From Octopus sinensis (taxonomy: Eukaryota), in contig NW_021831707.1 of assembly GCF_006345805.1 (NCBI RefSeq), positions 1 through 34,372 of the forward strand: DNA of 34,372 bases. The letters run 5' to 3'. The notes under the pieces are model-generated. The model was given only the letters and a program-made list of their open reading frames with translations, searched no databases and was not told where the DNA came from. The position numbers and the translations under genes are program-made. Positions 20,440 to 33,201 of this stretch are shown one piece after another; position 1 is the stretch's first letter; the number at the start of each line of letters is the position of its first letter.

Positions 20440-22160
20440 CGCATACTAAAGGAACTAATCGAAAAATATTTGCAGCCTATCTGGAATAAAATTAAGTACG
20501 TGACTAGAAGGAAAAGATATGGCACCGTGGAAGCAAGGTTCGAGTGGGAAGACGAAGCCAAACTACACACCACAGTGCTCATATAAATGGACAACTAGTA
20601 CTCCTGTCGACTACCCCGGACAGCGAGTTTTAAAAAGATTGGAGAGGTACCCCACGAGATTGGCGATCGTCATACTTGATAAATGAGGAAAACATCGATG
20701 TACTACAGAGAAATAAACTATACCAACAAAACTGGTGTGTTCAGGGTCTGGAGCTTTTATTTGAGACAAATGAACAGACACTTGAAAGTATTCCAGGCAC
20801 AATCCATTTGCCTGAAAGAGCAAAATTGCACGCAACGGTGGAGGGGCGCAAACCGAGGTGCTATCTCAGTGGGCAGAGGGACTACTTCAAAGTCCCTTGC
20901 CCACTGAGAACAAACGAGAAACGCACCCCACCTCGAGCAAAAGAGACTCCACAACAGCACTTACAACAACAAACGCAGGCTGCTCCAAAAGTAACTCCAC
21001 CACCAACACCACCCAAAGCAGCAACGACTGCTGCACAGTGTACAGAGAAAACATCAACAGTCACAAGAACGGCAACGAAGATCACCACAGATGCAGCAAC
21101 AGTAGGATTAGCAGCAGCACCATCCACATTGGAAGGGACGCCATCTGTAGCAGCAGTCAAGAATACCCGAAAAGCATCACTAAGAAACTACAGAACCGAC
21201 ACCAGCAGCACGAAAGGAAGAAACCACTTCGACAAACAACCCACCTGTTATACCCCTTTCTAAGTCTGACCCAGAAACTGCCATAGAAGCAAGCAATGAG
21301 TGGAGAGAATTCCCCGAAAGGGAAAAACGCATAAAGGATACCATCCCAGCACTTCCCTACAACACAGACACACGACCACCAACTAAAACATCCACATTAC
21401 CAACACCACCAATACCACTGCCAGCACACCGTACAAAACCACCGTCACAATCACTAGTAAATCTCACTGCAATCAACCCAAATAACGAATCCCTAATGAA
21501 ACACATACATGAAAATACAAACATCACATCAAAAGATTTTCTGTGCACTTCACCTAACGCTTCACCTCACGCACAAATAGCCAGTGTATCTAACACAACC
21601 GTCATCTTAAAAGAAAACCACTCCAATGCGGCGGTTAAGCCCCAAGGAACAATAATGAAAAGTCTATAGAAAAACCTGGTCGTGTAAATTTTCACAGCCA
21701 CTCAGAAAAGTGAGAAAAATCTCTCACCCCAACCCCGCAGCCCCAAAAGTAATTAGCGTATCATTCTTTTAGTTTTGCTCAAGTCACGCTGCTTAAATGT
21801 GCATGGCTTGGGGTCGTTTTGAAAGCAAGGGCGCTTTCTCAACGACCTTAGTTCACTGGATTTGGATTGCAAAAAAGTGTAAAAGTTGTATGAATGGTTT
21901 GAACGAGTGGGCTTAACTTGGGTTTAAACTTCTAGGCTTCTGCCTTAGCAGTAAGGTTGTCATGTGGTTTGTGGGGTTTCCACGACCAATCTAGAATACT
22001 CCCCCTTTTGGGCACCACTGTTGTTTTATATATTTACACTTGCAATTTTTAGCTGTTTATCATTGTTAAAACTGTTTGCACGATTTTGTGTACGACCTCA
22101 CCTTGTCTGTCCAGTATTGTCCCTCTGTGTCGGCCCCTAATGGCTAATAAAGAATTAAAT
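20440..22160 (+). mobile_element. Tx1/L1-clade element A: 5'-truncated ORF1, ORF2 stub and 3'UTR (ORF2 almost absent)
   Basis: ORF1 remnants KELIEKYLQPIW..KRYGTV, QNWCVQGLELL and a degenerate zinc knuckle RCYLSGQRDYFKVPC. APE start CLNVHGLG..LNDLSSLDLD at ~21790-21868 runs directly into sequence resembling the ORF2 end and 3'UTR of element B. AATAAA at ~22146. Confidence 0.7.
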
Positions 22161-25100
22161 TTCGACTGTACGGGCGTCTTTTTTTTTTCTTGTGAATTCT
22201 GCCATTTGCCTACCTAAATTGTGTTATTTTATTGTGAATTTTGTGTGCTATCGATTCTAAACCTGCTTATCAGGGGAAGTATCGAGATTAAAAATGTCTC
22301 CTCTAAGGAGCGAATTAATTATTTTCGCAACTTTTTCTGTAATTTGTTTACACTTTTTTGAAATTATGGCTTTCAGCCAAAGCATAGACAACGCCCCCAA
22401 TACTAACAGGCTCAACAAGATGTACCAAGTAATGTTCCCAGCACTTCCCTGTCGCAAACAGGAGGAGGTGAACAAAGTAAATACCCAGAAATATCCGACA
22501 AGTTCTACAAAGGACACCCCAATCTACAACAATGAAAAGGAATTAATCGATAAAGAAAATGAATTAACCAAACCAAACCGATGCAGTTTCTCGTCGGTTG
22601 CAACTATAAACCAGGAAAACAAAAAGACTAACCAATCAGACCTAGAAAAATATAAAAGCTTAGCAAAGCGTGGAAGGAACAATATAAACTTAACCCCACC
22701 CGGTGATATAATTCAACAACAGCAAGAAAAACAATACTATTTAAAGTTCTTTTGCTAAAAACTAAAAAAGTCGAACACATGCCAAAGGAAATAATAGAAA
22801 AGTGCCTGCAACCCATATGGGGCGATACCAAATATATATAAAGAGAAAAAAGATACAGCACTGTGGATGTAAGGGTTCGCATCCGAAGAAGAAACAAAGG
22901 AACACTCTACAGTGATTTTGAAAACTAACGAAATGGTGCTACTTCCCACTTATATGGGTAAACGTACGTCCAAAATAAAAATAGGAGAGGTCCTACCAGA
23001 AGTTGACGTAGTGTGGCTCGTGACCGCTGTTATGCTCGATTTAGAAAGTAGCATTTCCATACTGCAGGTCACGAAGCTGCACTAGCAAAACTGGTGGGGC
23101 CAAGGCCTAGAAATCATCACACAGGCCGCACAGCAGGATCTCAAGATTATACAAGATCTAATAAATTTACCAGATGGTACAGCCTTCCGAGTGATAGTGG
23201 AGGGTCCAAAGCTCAGATGTTGCAAATATGGTCAAAAGGGCCACATTAGAAGTTCTTGTCCATCGGATACCTTAGAAACTGGCCACCTTCCACCAGACGT
23301 GCCTCTGAAACACCTGTTCAAGGCAACCAAAACTAACCCAATACTACCAACAAGCCCCGCCCCGGACACCAAGACGAGTAAGGCCCCAAAGGATGGCACT
23401 AATAAACAAAACCCTACACCAACCTGCACAAACACTACCGCAAAAAGACAAGATAACCCCACAACAAAAGAGGAAAAGTAAGAAGTATCTAAAAAAAGAA
23501 GGAAAAGAATAAACACTTCCTCAACCCCACCGCCCCACAGACACACACCACAATACAAGCGCCCTTCCATACACACCTGAACCTCATACTCCAGAATCTG
23601 TCATCAACATCACGGCAATCAACGCAAAGAACACACAATTAACAGAACACATAAACGAAAGTCCCCGCATATCAACTTTCAACGCCCCGCTTCACATTCA
23701 CAAATTCTTGAACACATCAAAATAATAAAACTTGACTGTCATTCATATACGGAGTTAAAACAACTATATCCTAATGGCCCTGGAACATAACAACTAAAAT
23801 TCAAAAACACATTTACCGGAACTTAATCAACGACGCCCTACAAGCCACGACGGGTGGGGAGGATAAATCTACACACCCCACCAATCTCCAAGGCTCAACT
23901 AAGAACGCTGCACAAGACACACTGGGAGAGAAGGATGAATCCACCACTCCCATCACCAAGTAAGTAATCAATTCTATTCATCATGGTTTCGTTCAAGCTT
24001 AGCAATGTGAATGGGATAGGAAGCATGCTTGCTAAATGATCTCAGGTCATGGGATTTGGATGTCGTAGTCACCAGTGAAACCAGGCTGACCTCTTCGATG
24101 GTTATGAGAACTACATATCTCTAACCCAACCTAGAGAAGACGGGGGAATTGTGGGTTTATTCCGGAAAGGCCTGGATTTAGAAATCGAGACTAACATTGT
24201 GAACCCACAAGGCATGCTGGTCGTCCTTCAGACTGGTTGCAGTCTATGCCCCAAATGACACGGGGCAATCCGACTACTTCAGACACCTAAAGGCTTTCCT
24301 TGTGACGCCGTGCATGTTAGTATTAGTAGGTGACTTTAACAGAATCCCAGATGTACGTGTGGATTGTGTTGGTTCAACTCTAAATAGAAAAGGGTATAAT
24401 TGCCTCACTAACCTGCACAGTCGCTTTCAACTAGCTGACAGGTTTAGAATGGATCACTCGGATGCTCCTATGTGGACATGGACCAGATCCTACTTAGATA
24501 GAATATCCATTAGTTTCGGTGATAAATCTAGCGTTAGTAGTCCACAATTTCAGATTGCCAGCTATACGGATCACAAGTTTGTGATTTGTAAGCTTGACTT
24601 AGATAGATTTTGTAGACAGGGTCACGGTTACTGGAAGCTAAATACGTCACTCCTAGCGTGCAAAGCCTACAGTGATCGGAATGGAGGATTAGTGAAACAG
24701 GCGTTAACTGGAGCCACCATCAATAACAACTGGTGGTACGCCCTAAAAAGAGCCATTAAATTTGAGTCACGTAGATATAGCAAAGTTTTAGCATTAGAAA
24801 AATAGAATAGAATGGGACTTAGTTAGCACGCTAGAAGAGGCATTAAATCTGGCAATGGTTCTAACGTGGCAATGAGATTGGCCCTCGTCCAACACTTCAA
24901 TGCTAAGCACGAAGTTTGCATTGTCAGAGCTAATTTACGTGCTATGAGACAAGAGGGAATGTACGCTGCAAGATGAGCCCGTGTAGTAGAGACGAAAATG
25001 GATGCACAGTTAACGAACCCGACAAAATGTGTTTGGTCCTTCACCAGCATTTCGCTCAGCTGTTTGGGACGAACGGTGGGCCAGATCGCGGGATGGACTT

Positions 25101-26933
25101 CTCGGAATTCCTGGTTCGTCTGCCAGACTCTCAGTGCAGGAGGCGGAGTGCTATGAATAGCCGATCACAGTTGCGGAAGTAAAAGAGGCCCTATCGGGCT
25201 GCGTTGGGAGCAAATCGCCGGGTCTAGATTGTCTGCCCTACGAGTTCTATTGTAATATGCCAGATTTGTTTGGCAACCCACTGGCAAATATCTACGCCAA
25301 CTGGTAACAGGGTTGGAGCATTACTAGCTCTGTGAGCCGGTGGACCGTGGTGCTGCTAAGAAAGAGCTCAAACAAGGGTGACATTATAGATAACTTTAGG
25401 CCCATCACTCTGCTTAATATAGAGCTGAAGCTTTTGGCCAAGGTGCTAGGTAACAGGTTGGCGCTTGACGTCGACAAACTGGACGGGAAGGCGCTAACAA
25501 GCGCCATTCCATCCAAAACAATCCACGACAACCTCCACTTCCTACGCTACACCATACACAAGGTGGTTAATAATCCTGGCATTTGAGGGGTATTGATGCA
25601 TTTAGATCACTCTAAAGTATTCGATAGGGTTCATCATGGCTATCAGGCGGCAGTCCTCGAAGCGGCCGGGTTTGTCCAGTACTTTCGCGGTTGGATCTCC
25701 ATATTATTTAGTAACATTAAATCAGCATTTCGAATGAACAGTTATCTTTCAGAGCCGTTCAGCATTGTGCGTTCGGTCCACCAAAAATGTTTCCTATCCT
25801 CCCTTTTATACGTTCTGGCCTTTGAGCCTTTACTACATAAATTGGAGGCCTTGAGGGGCTTCCCGCATGATCTGGGGTGCGGGAGGTCGGTGTCAGTGTT
25901 TGCGGACGACATCACTGTCATCGTATCCCGTGACAGACATCTGCATCTAGTAGGTGATGTCATTAGGTAATACGAAGCAGTGTCAAGCGCAAAAATAAAC
26001 TGTGATAAGTTGGTTGGCCTGCAGCTCGGTACCTGGAGAGGCAGGTCGATTCCATCCAATAACGTCATAGGCCGTTGGACGGGTGACCCGGTGAAATTGT
26101 TCGGGGTCTGGTTCGGTCCAGACCTCCAAATAGAGAGAAACTGTGAAGTTACGAACAGAGTGACCAGTCTTCCCCAGAAATAGGCTGAAAGGAAGCTGTC
26201 CTTGAGAGGGAGGGTGGAGGTGGCGAATGTGTTTATTGCATTCGTCATCATACGCTGTATTTGCTGTCAACTACCGCTAAATGGAAAGCTGGGCATGCCT
26301 TGGCTGAAAATGCGCAGACATGCACTAAGGCTGAGACATCTCCAGCTCTACCTAGAGTGTGAACAGGTGTAGTCGTCCTTCGTGAAATTGATCTTCCCAC
26401 AGTCCGACTCCTTTAGCAAGTTGAACTCATGGATCATGCGTAGACCTAGTTTGGATGCTTGGCAAGTAGAATGCCGTCAGGCTCTCTTGCTTCTCTGCTG
26501 GACGAGCAATGCGAGCGGCGGGGGTTCCACCTCGTCCTTTTATAGAGGGTTAGTGTCTGGTACTTGCGATGACGCTCTGGGGTAAACTCTGTGCCTCGAT
26601 GACGGTCAACTCACAGTCTGTTCTGAAGGACGTTTGGGCCAAGGCCCATGGATAACTACCAGAAATCCTTAGCCTGGCAGTGCTATCGAGGAGCTCTACC
26701 TGTTTGCAATAAACCCTTTAGGTACAGATGCGCAGACACACGGACATGCTCGAGATGCAAGCAGAGCAACGAAATTGTTCTGCACTCTATCGTACAGTGT
26801 CTGTTGATTTCAGACCTTTGGGTTTACGTAGAACACCTGCTGTCGCATCTAGGAGTACAGTTGTCAAACGAGTCTATCATTAAGATTGTCCCAACTCCTT
26901 CCTTTAACCGGGAAAGGCAGGCAACCTTTTTCT

Positions 26934-27163
26934 TATTTTTTTTATTGCCTACAAGGAGCTACACATAGATGGGACAAACAACGACAGACAAAGGGATTAA
27001 GTCAATCATATCGACCGCAGTGGGTAACTGGTACTTATTTAATCGACCCCGAAAGGATAAAAGGCAAAGTCGACCTCGGCGGAATTTGAACTCAGAACGT
27101 AGCGGCAGACGAAATACCGCAAAGCATTTCGCCCGGCGTGCTAATGTTTCTGCCAGATCACCG
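26934..27163 (-). mobile_element. tRNA-derived SINE (second family) inserted in LINE B ORF2, 16-bp TSD
   Basis: Head gcggtgatctggcagaaacattagcac..gagttcaaattcc; TSD caggcaacctttttct at 26918-26933 and 27164-27179; A-rich tail. Confidence 0.9.
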
Positions 27164-27303
27164 CAGGCAACCTTTTTCTGCTTGATAGATATAGCCAATA
27201 GGTCCTATGGCCAACGAGGTTGAAAGGAATTAAGACGGGCAATTTCCTCTCTGGCCTGGGTTTAATTAAATATTTCTCATTCCATCTAAAAGAAAAATAA
27301 GGC

Positions 27304-27331
27304 GAGAGAGAGAGAGAGGAGAGAGAGAGAC

Positions 27332-27390
<59 letters not shown>
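27304..27390. repeat. (GA)n microsatellite within LINE B ORF2 end
   Basis: Directly visible; LINE coding remnants flank both sides. Confidence 0.9.
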
Positions 27391-27394
<4 letters not shown>

Positions 27395-27711
27395 GTGCTA
27401 CTACCACCGATTGTGGGTTTAAAAGTAGATGGTTGCAGGTGGCACGATCGTTTTGTATGAATGTGGCCAACTTTAACGGAATACCTTAGGCTCCCGTGTG
27501 AGAGCAGTGCTGGGTCGTGGCTTGTGGGGTCTCCATACCCAACATTTCGTCTTGTTAAAGCATAACTGTCATGGAAAAAGTTTTTATTTGTTAATTCTAT
27601 TTATATTGTTATTCCATCCGCCCATTCCACCCTGTTGTAGACCTCTAGTTGTTCTTGATAGTCCTGTTTTATCTAGTTATGTATAACCCATTATGGCCAA
27701 TTTAAAATAAA

Positions 27712-27960
27712 ATTTCTTGCTAAACAACTACACAGATGATTTGTTTATAGTGATCAAATGTTCGTGTTCATTTCCTCCATCAAATCGACTTTATCTGTAC
27801 AGGTTCACCATGTGCCAATTGTCAGAGGACGAAATGATCGCAGAGTAACGTGAAATTAAGTGCTTTGCTCAAGAACATAACGCAACGCTTGACCTGGGAA
27901 TCAAAACCACGATTTTGCAACCGTGAGTGCAACACCCTAACCATTTAGCCATGTGCCTCA
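27712..27960 (-). mobile_element. tRNA-derived SINE (third family)
   Basis: Minus-strand head tgaggcacatggctaaatggttagggtgttgcac with A box TGGCTAAATGG and B-box-like GGTTTTGATTCC. Confidence 0.75.
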
Positions 27961-28448
27961 ATACACACACGCACACACACACACATACACACACACGCAC
28001 CCCCACACATACACACATGTATTGAGTTCTGTTTGTCCTGTTCTATTAATCATATGTATGTATGTATATATGTACCTACACGCAAGCACGCACAAGCATA
28101 CACTTACGTGTGCGCACACACAATCATGTATATAAGTACATATGTGTATGTAATATCTGTTTGTGTATTATATAAAAGCTGTAGAAAACAAATTACTCCT
28201 CTACCCAGACACACACACACAAGCACTCCCCTATCCACACACACAAGCATACACATATATACATAAAAGACGCAACACAAACTCCCGCCTCATTGCACGT
28301 GTATACACACGTACATTTATAGAATAGCAGTCAAGTATTCTGTCAAGGTGACCTCGACAATGTTTCAACAAATTCACAAATGTTTAGTGGATATTTGACA
28401 CGTCTCTGCCTGTATGAAAGCATGTGTTTGTATGGTGGTTGTGCATGC

Positions 28449-28524
<76 letters not shown>

Positions 28525-28899
28525 TGGGTGTATGTGGGAAAAAGAGAAGTAGAAGAATATCATATGCGTGCGCGGGCGTGTGTGTGTGTGTGCTGCGTAC
28601 GTATCGGCAGCCGATGTAACTAGCAAATAACCGCTGCATGAGGTAACCTAATTTCTCAAGCTCTCTGACATCGAAAACTTTAGTCCAACTGTGGTTCTTA
28701 TCTTATGCTGTAGTGTCCTCTTGTGGACACAGCGAACTAACAAACGGGCTGCAAATGTCAAGATACCAATATAGGGCGTGGGAACGCTAGTTGTTTTGAT
28801 TGGGGGTAGTATTTCTTAGAAAAATCATGATTTAACTTCGGGGAAATATCTATATATGAAACACATTCTCGAAAAAAAATCTTTGTCATTTGTTCAGAA

Positions 28900-29249
28900 A
28901 AGCGGTTCTCAACTGGCGTCCATATGGCCTCCGATGGTCCATATAAGATTTTTTGGGGCCCACAAAACAAAATAGTAAATTGGGGATCTACAGTAGTATT
29001 TTAAGGGCTCCTGAAAAAAAAATTGCTTTAGATATATGTATTGGTTTGTATTGCAAGAAACAGCGAAGTTTCTTTCTTTACCATTTTGCATAATTCAACC
29101 TACGCAAGTTGATGTGTGAAAAGCAAAATAAGAATTTTGGAAGAAGTTTCTATAAAACTAGTTTTTAAGCATCAAATGACTATGGTGATCCATCAGAATA
29201 AAATAGTAATCAAACGGGTCCATAGATAAAAAATGGTTGAGATCTCTTA
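28900..29249. mobile_element. hAT-like MITE
   Basis: Imperfect TIRs aagcggttctcaac / gttgagatctctt, subterminal ggtccata motifs, and degenerate 8-bp flanks gttcagaa / gtccagac (6/8 match). Confidence 0.6.
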
Positions 29250-29257
29250 GTCCAGAC

Positions 29258-29345
29258 CGCTAAGTTACGGGGACGTAAACACACCAACATCATTTGTCAA
29301 ACTATGGTAGGGTAAGGGCAAAAACAGATACAATGACACATACAC
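29258..29345 (-). mobile_element. SINE fragment (middle part of the 15335-type family)
   Basis: cgctaagttacggggacgtaaacacacca matches the family in reverse complement. Confidence 0.7.
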
Positions 29346-29357
29346 TCACACACACAT

Positions 29358-29400
<43 letters not shown>

Positions 29401-29539
29401 ATTTTGGTTGGATTTGTATTTAGTTCAGATGGGATCTGGAACGATGTTAATAGCACCCTGAAGAGGCGGCAATTAACACCAAAATGCACACCAAGATGCA
29501 AAATTTTGCAGTGTGCACGAAATTTCAGCAAAAACATAT

Positions 29540-29775
29540 GTATGTGCTGAAATAGAAAGATGTGATTGACTGCATAATAATACTGGATATATAAATCTCT
29601 ACAGTTCTGTATTTAAGAGATGAGGAATTATGTACATTATTTACATTGTTTACATTAGACGGATATTTGTCGTCATCTTATTTGTTGTTAACACAACGTT
29701 TCGGCTGATATATCCTCCTGCCTTCTTCAGGTATCTTGGGGAAATTTCGAACCTGGGCTCTCATTCCTAAGGCAT
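29540..29775 (-). mobile_element. Solo PLE pseudo-LTR
   Basis: Short AT-rich unit carrying a minimal hammerhead; no coding remnant. Confidence 0.55.
29690..29735 (-). ncRNA. Minimal type I hammerhead ribozyme
   Basis: GATAC-CTGAAGA-AGGC...GCC-GAAAC-GTT-GTGTT: stem I GATAC/GTGTT with G-U pairs, ACGT palindromic stem III, GTT triplet. Confidence 0.7.
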
Positions 29776-29829
29776 TTTTGTTTGACTAAAGGCGGTACTC
29801 CAGCATGGCCACAGTCGAATATATATGTG

Positions 29830-32800
29830 TATAAACAAAACCATGTGCAGGTAGCTCAATAAATACCATGAGCAAATACCAACATGTTTTGTGCCTCCTC
29901 GCCCCAAATCGTATGACGATGATAGCGACAGGAACAGGTGAAGGATGTCACTGGAAGTTCTTAGCTTGAACTTCGCACATAGGTGGTGAAAGGTAGATGG
30001 CCACTTTACACAACATCTGCGAGTAATTGTGTAATTTGTGTCCTCCTTTCACAAAAAAGCAGCCCTTTTTAAGGATGGCACTGCATTCCCTCTGTGGAGG
30101 AGGGGTCAAGAAAATGTGACCTAGAAATTGCTTACTCGTAGTGCAAATGGCTGAGCATCCAAACCTGCAACAGAAGATTAAGCAAATCGAAAACAAAAAA
30201 AAAAAACAGCATTTTATTGCATCCTGGAATGTGTGAACTCTTCAGGACAGCAAGAAAAACATAGAACGTAAGACCGCTTTGGTTACCCATGTCTTGAAGG
30301 AAAGAAAAAATTGGAATAGCAGCTCTTTCAGAAACCAGACTAGCGGATTGTAGTAAGCTACTGGAAGTTGATGCTGGATACACTTTTTATCTGGATGAGA
30401 AAGCCTCTGAAAGTAAAGTGTTGGGTTTACTATTCGGAATGAGGTGAAGCAACGTTTTGAATCTCTGCATTAATGAAAGACTCATGTCATTGCATATCTG
30501 CATTGGCAAAAATAAATATGTAACTATTTTCAACTGCTATGCTCCAACCATGCACTCAAATGACGTAGTCAAAAAGCTGTTTCACTCTGAGTTACGTAGC
30601 CAGTTGAGAGTTGTCTCCATCCATGAAAAACTTCACCTTGACAATTTCAATGCACATGTAGGGGGTGATACATTCATATAGGGTGACGTAATAGGGAGTC
30701 ATGAGATTGGCAAGGCAAACTCAAACGGCTATCTGCTGCTATTGATTTGCAGTGAGTATGGCCTTTTGATTACCAATAGTCTTTTACAACTCTCCAACCA
30801 CCACAAAACTACCTGGAGGCATCCCCAGTCCAACCATTATCACTTTATTGATTACATAGCTCTGAGGTCTTCCATTGAGGAAGATGTCCAAGTAACACGT
30901 TCTTTCTCCATTGGGGAGCATTGGTCTAACCTTAGACTGATACGATCAAATGTGAATTTTACTATCCGCAGTCCTATTCATAACAAGCGCACTCGACTTG
31001 TTCGAAAAGTGGACGTGACAATGCTGAGGAACAATGACAATTTAACCTCATTTCAAACAACCTGCGACAACAAACTTGCTGGGATTTCGGAAAACATAGG
31101 TATTGAAACAGTGTGGCCTGCTTTTAAAAATGCTCTATTTGAGTCATCCTGTGAAGCACTCGGCTATGTTAAGAGGAAGCACCAAGACTGGTTTCTGTTC
31201 AAAAGATCCAAACATCTCTCCTCGTTTGGACAATATGCACAAGTACCACTGTCAGTAGATGTCAAACAAAAATAATTCCACAAAACGCAACGATTTTAAA
31301 AAGGTCAGAAATACATTCCAATCTCAAATGAGGCATATGAAACAGATATAGTGGCGAAAGAAGGCACAGGATTTGCAGGATGCTGCGGTTAGATGTGACT
31401 TAAAGTCATTCTATTAAAATTTAAAGGGTGTTTACGGACCTGTGTCTAGTGGCTCAACTCACATACTTTCAACTGTGGGTAATCTTTTGACAAACAAAAA
31501 GGGAATCCTGAACCGCTGGACAGAGCACTTTTCAAATGTTCTGAATGTAGACTCAATTTTTGATGAAGAACTGATCAACAATCTACCACAGAAGCCTGTC
31601 CTTGAAGAACTGTCAGTTGCTCCATCAAATGCTGAGATAAAAATGGCCATAAAACAGCTCACGAATGGAAAGTCGTCTAGGAACAATGGTATGCCGGCCA
31701 AGATATAAATGTGGTAGCAATCTCTTGCTGAACAAATTAGTGAACTCTTCTCTTTAATCTGGGAATCAGGATCAGTCCCACAGGAGTTTAAAGTCGCTTC
31801 TACTGTTCATCCTTATAAGCACAAAGGCGACAAATGTTAATGTGATAACCATAGAGATATCTCCTTTTTGTGTGTTGCCGAGAAAATCCTTGTAAGATTT
31901 ACCTTAAACAGACCAAAGATGCCCTTGCCAGCTTAGTGTTACCCGAATCACTATGTGGCTTTCGGGCTGGTAGAGGCACAGTGAATATGATTTTCAGCCT
32001 AAAGCAACTGCTGTAAATACAATCGAAACCTTTTTGTCACTTTTGTAGATCTAACTAAAGCTTTCGACACTGTATCTAGAGATGCTCTTTAGGTTGTCCC
32101 TAGAAAGCTAGGTGTTCCCAAAAAGGTGCTCAATGTCATCATTTCTTTCCATCAAGGGATGATGGCTTCTGTTAGATGTAGCGAGGAAGTGTCCGATTCT
32201 TTCACAGTCTGAAATGGAAGAAAACATGGCTGTGTTCTTGCACCGCACTTATATGCTTTGTGTTTCTCCGTCATGTTGGAAACAGCGTGCGAGTGTGTTA
32301 AAGAAGGAGTAAAGTTTGAGTACAGAACAGGTGGTGGCTTGTTCAACCAACAAATGCTTCAAAGCAAAAACTAAGACTTTGGTGCAAACAGTTCGAGATT
32401 TACTCTTCGCAGACGATTGTGCACTGTAGCACACACTCTTGAGGACATGCAATGCATTCTAAACAACTTCTCCCGTGCATCGGAAGAGTTTGGTCTGAAC
32501 ATCAGTATCAAGAAAACGTATGAGTGATATCAGAATTCCGAAGCAACTTCTCTTTGGTCAGCTCCCCACAGGAAGGTCAGCTCAAAGGCCACTCTTGCGC
32601 TTCAGAGATAAACTAAAAGACAGTCTGAAATGATGCGACATAACCCTTTCTTCTTGGGAATACAAGGCGACAGAAACCAGGGCCTGGCGCTGGTCCTGCT
32701 TCTACTCAGTTCAAAGATTTGAGCAAAGTCAACTCCAACATCGGTATTAACTTTGGTAAGCATGAAGGCATGGTGGAAAAACGCTGCTCTTCTAAATGGA

Positions 32801-32988
32801 AACCTTACTTGTTATTGTGGTTTTGTGGCACGAGGCAAAATAGGCCATAGCATCGACCCAAGAAAACACATGGTAAAAGTGCTCAAGCCACAAGAAGGCC
32901 TCAAGAGACACATTCGTGTTCATAGAACATGATTACTGCTTCATTTTACTGAACAATCATTTCTCGTTCACGACGAGAGAATTCATCA
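29830..32988 (+). mobile_element. Near full-length decayed RTE (BovB-like) LINE with internal deletion
   Basis: APE: ASWNV*TL, AALSETRL, INERLM, CYAPT, NFNAHVG, TWRHPQS, IDYI. RT: CGFRAGRGT, FVDLTKAFDTV, GCVLAP, LLFADDCAL, GLNISIKKT. At ~32520 it jumps to RIPKQLLFG; C-terminal GLKRHIRVH. Confidence 0.9.
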
Positions 32989-33011
32989 TATATATATATA
33001 TATATATATAT

Positions 33012-33052
<41 letters not shown>

Positions 33053-33139
33053 GACAACAAAAGAATGAATGAGACCTCGATATTATGTAAATAGAGAAAT
33101 TTATCTATAATATAATATGCGACAATTAGTCGTTTGCCA

Positions 33140-33201
33140 TAATAAAACTCGGAGTTTCGGATGTTGGGGCGGAAGCCTGCTCCGGCATCTCTTCAGTTAT
33201 C
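33140..33201 (-). ncRNA. Hammerhead ribozyme motif, left arm
   Basis: GATAA-CTGAAGA-GATG...CATC-C-GAAA-CTCCGAG-TT-TTATT; near-palindromic stem III, GTT triplet intact; one extra C before GAAA. Confidence 0.6.

Larger units (their letters stand above)
22161..27710 (+). mobile_element. Tx1/L1-clade LINE B, near full length, decayed
   Basis: 5'UTR; ORF1 from ATG 22366 with zinc knuckle RCCKYGQKGHIRSSC. ORF2 APE (SNVNGIG, SETRL, VGDFN, YLDRI, TDHKFV, GYWKLN), RT (KSPGLD, FRPITLLN, DHSKVFDRV, FADD) and C-terminal CSRC..H...C motif; many stops. Confidence 0.9.

Noticed and set aside
19710-20594. Long HTYI/MYVC-rich ORFs (and similar ones at 3142-3405, 7140-7514, 9488-10263, 27953-28639, 33427-34244)
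   Set aside because: Translations of microsatellites that lack stop codons.
28560-28650. CpG-containing stretch ending in AG|GTAACC as a possible first exon of a plus-strand gene
   Set aside because: Only a weak donor-like motif; no downstream exon or other support in the window.
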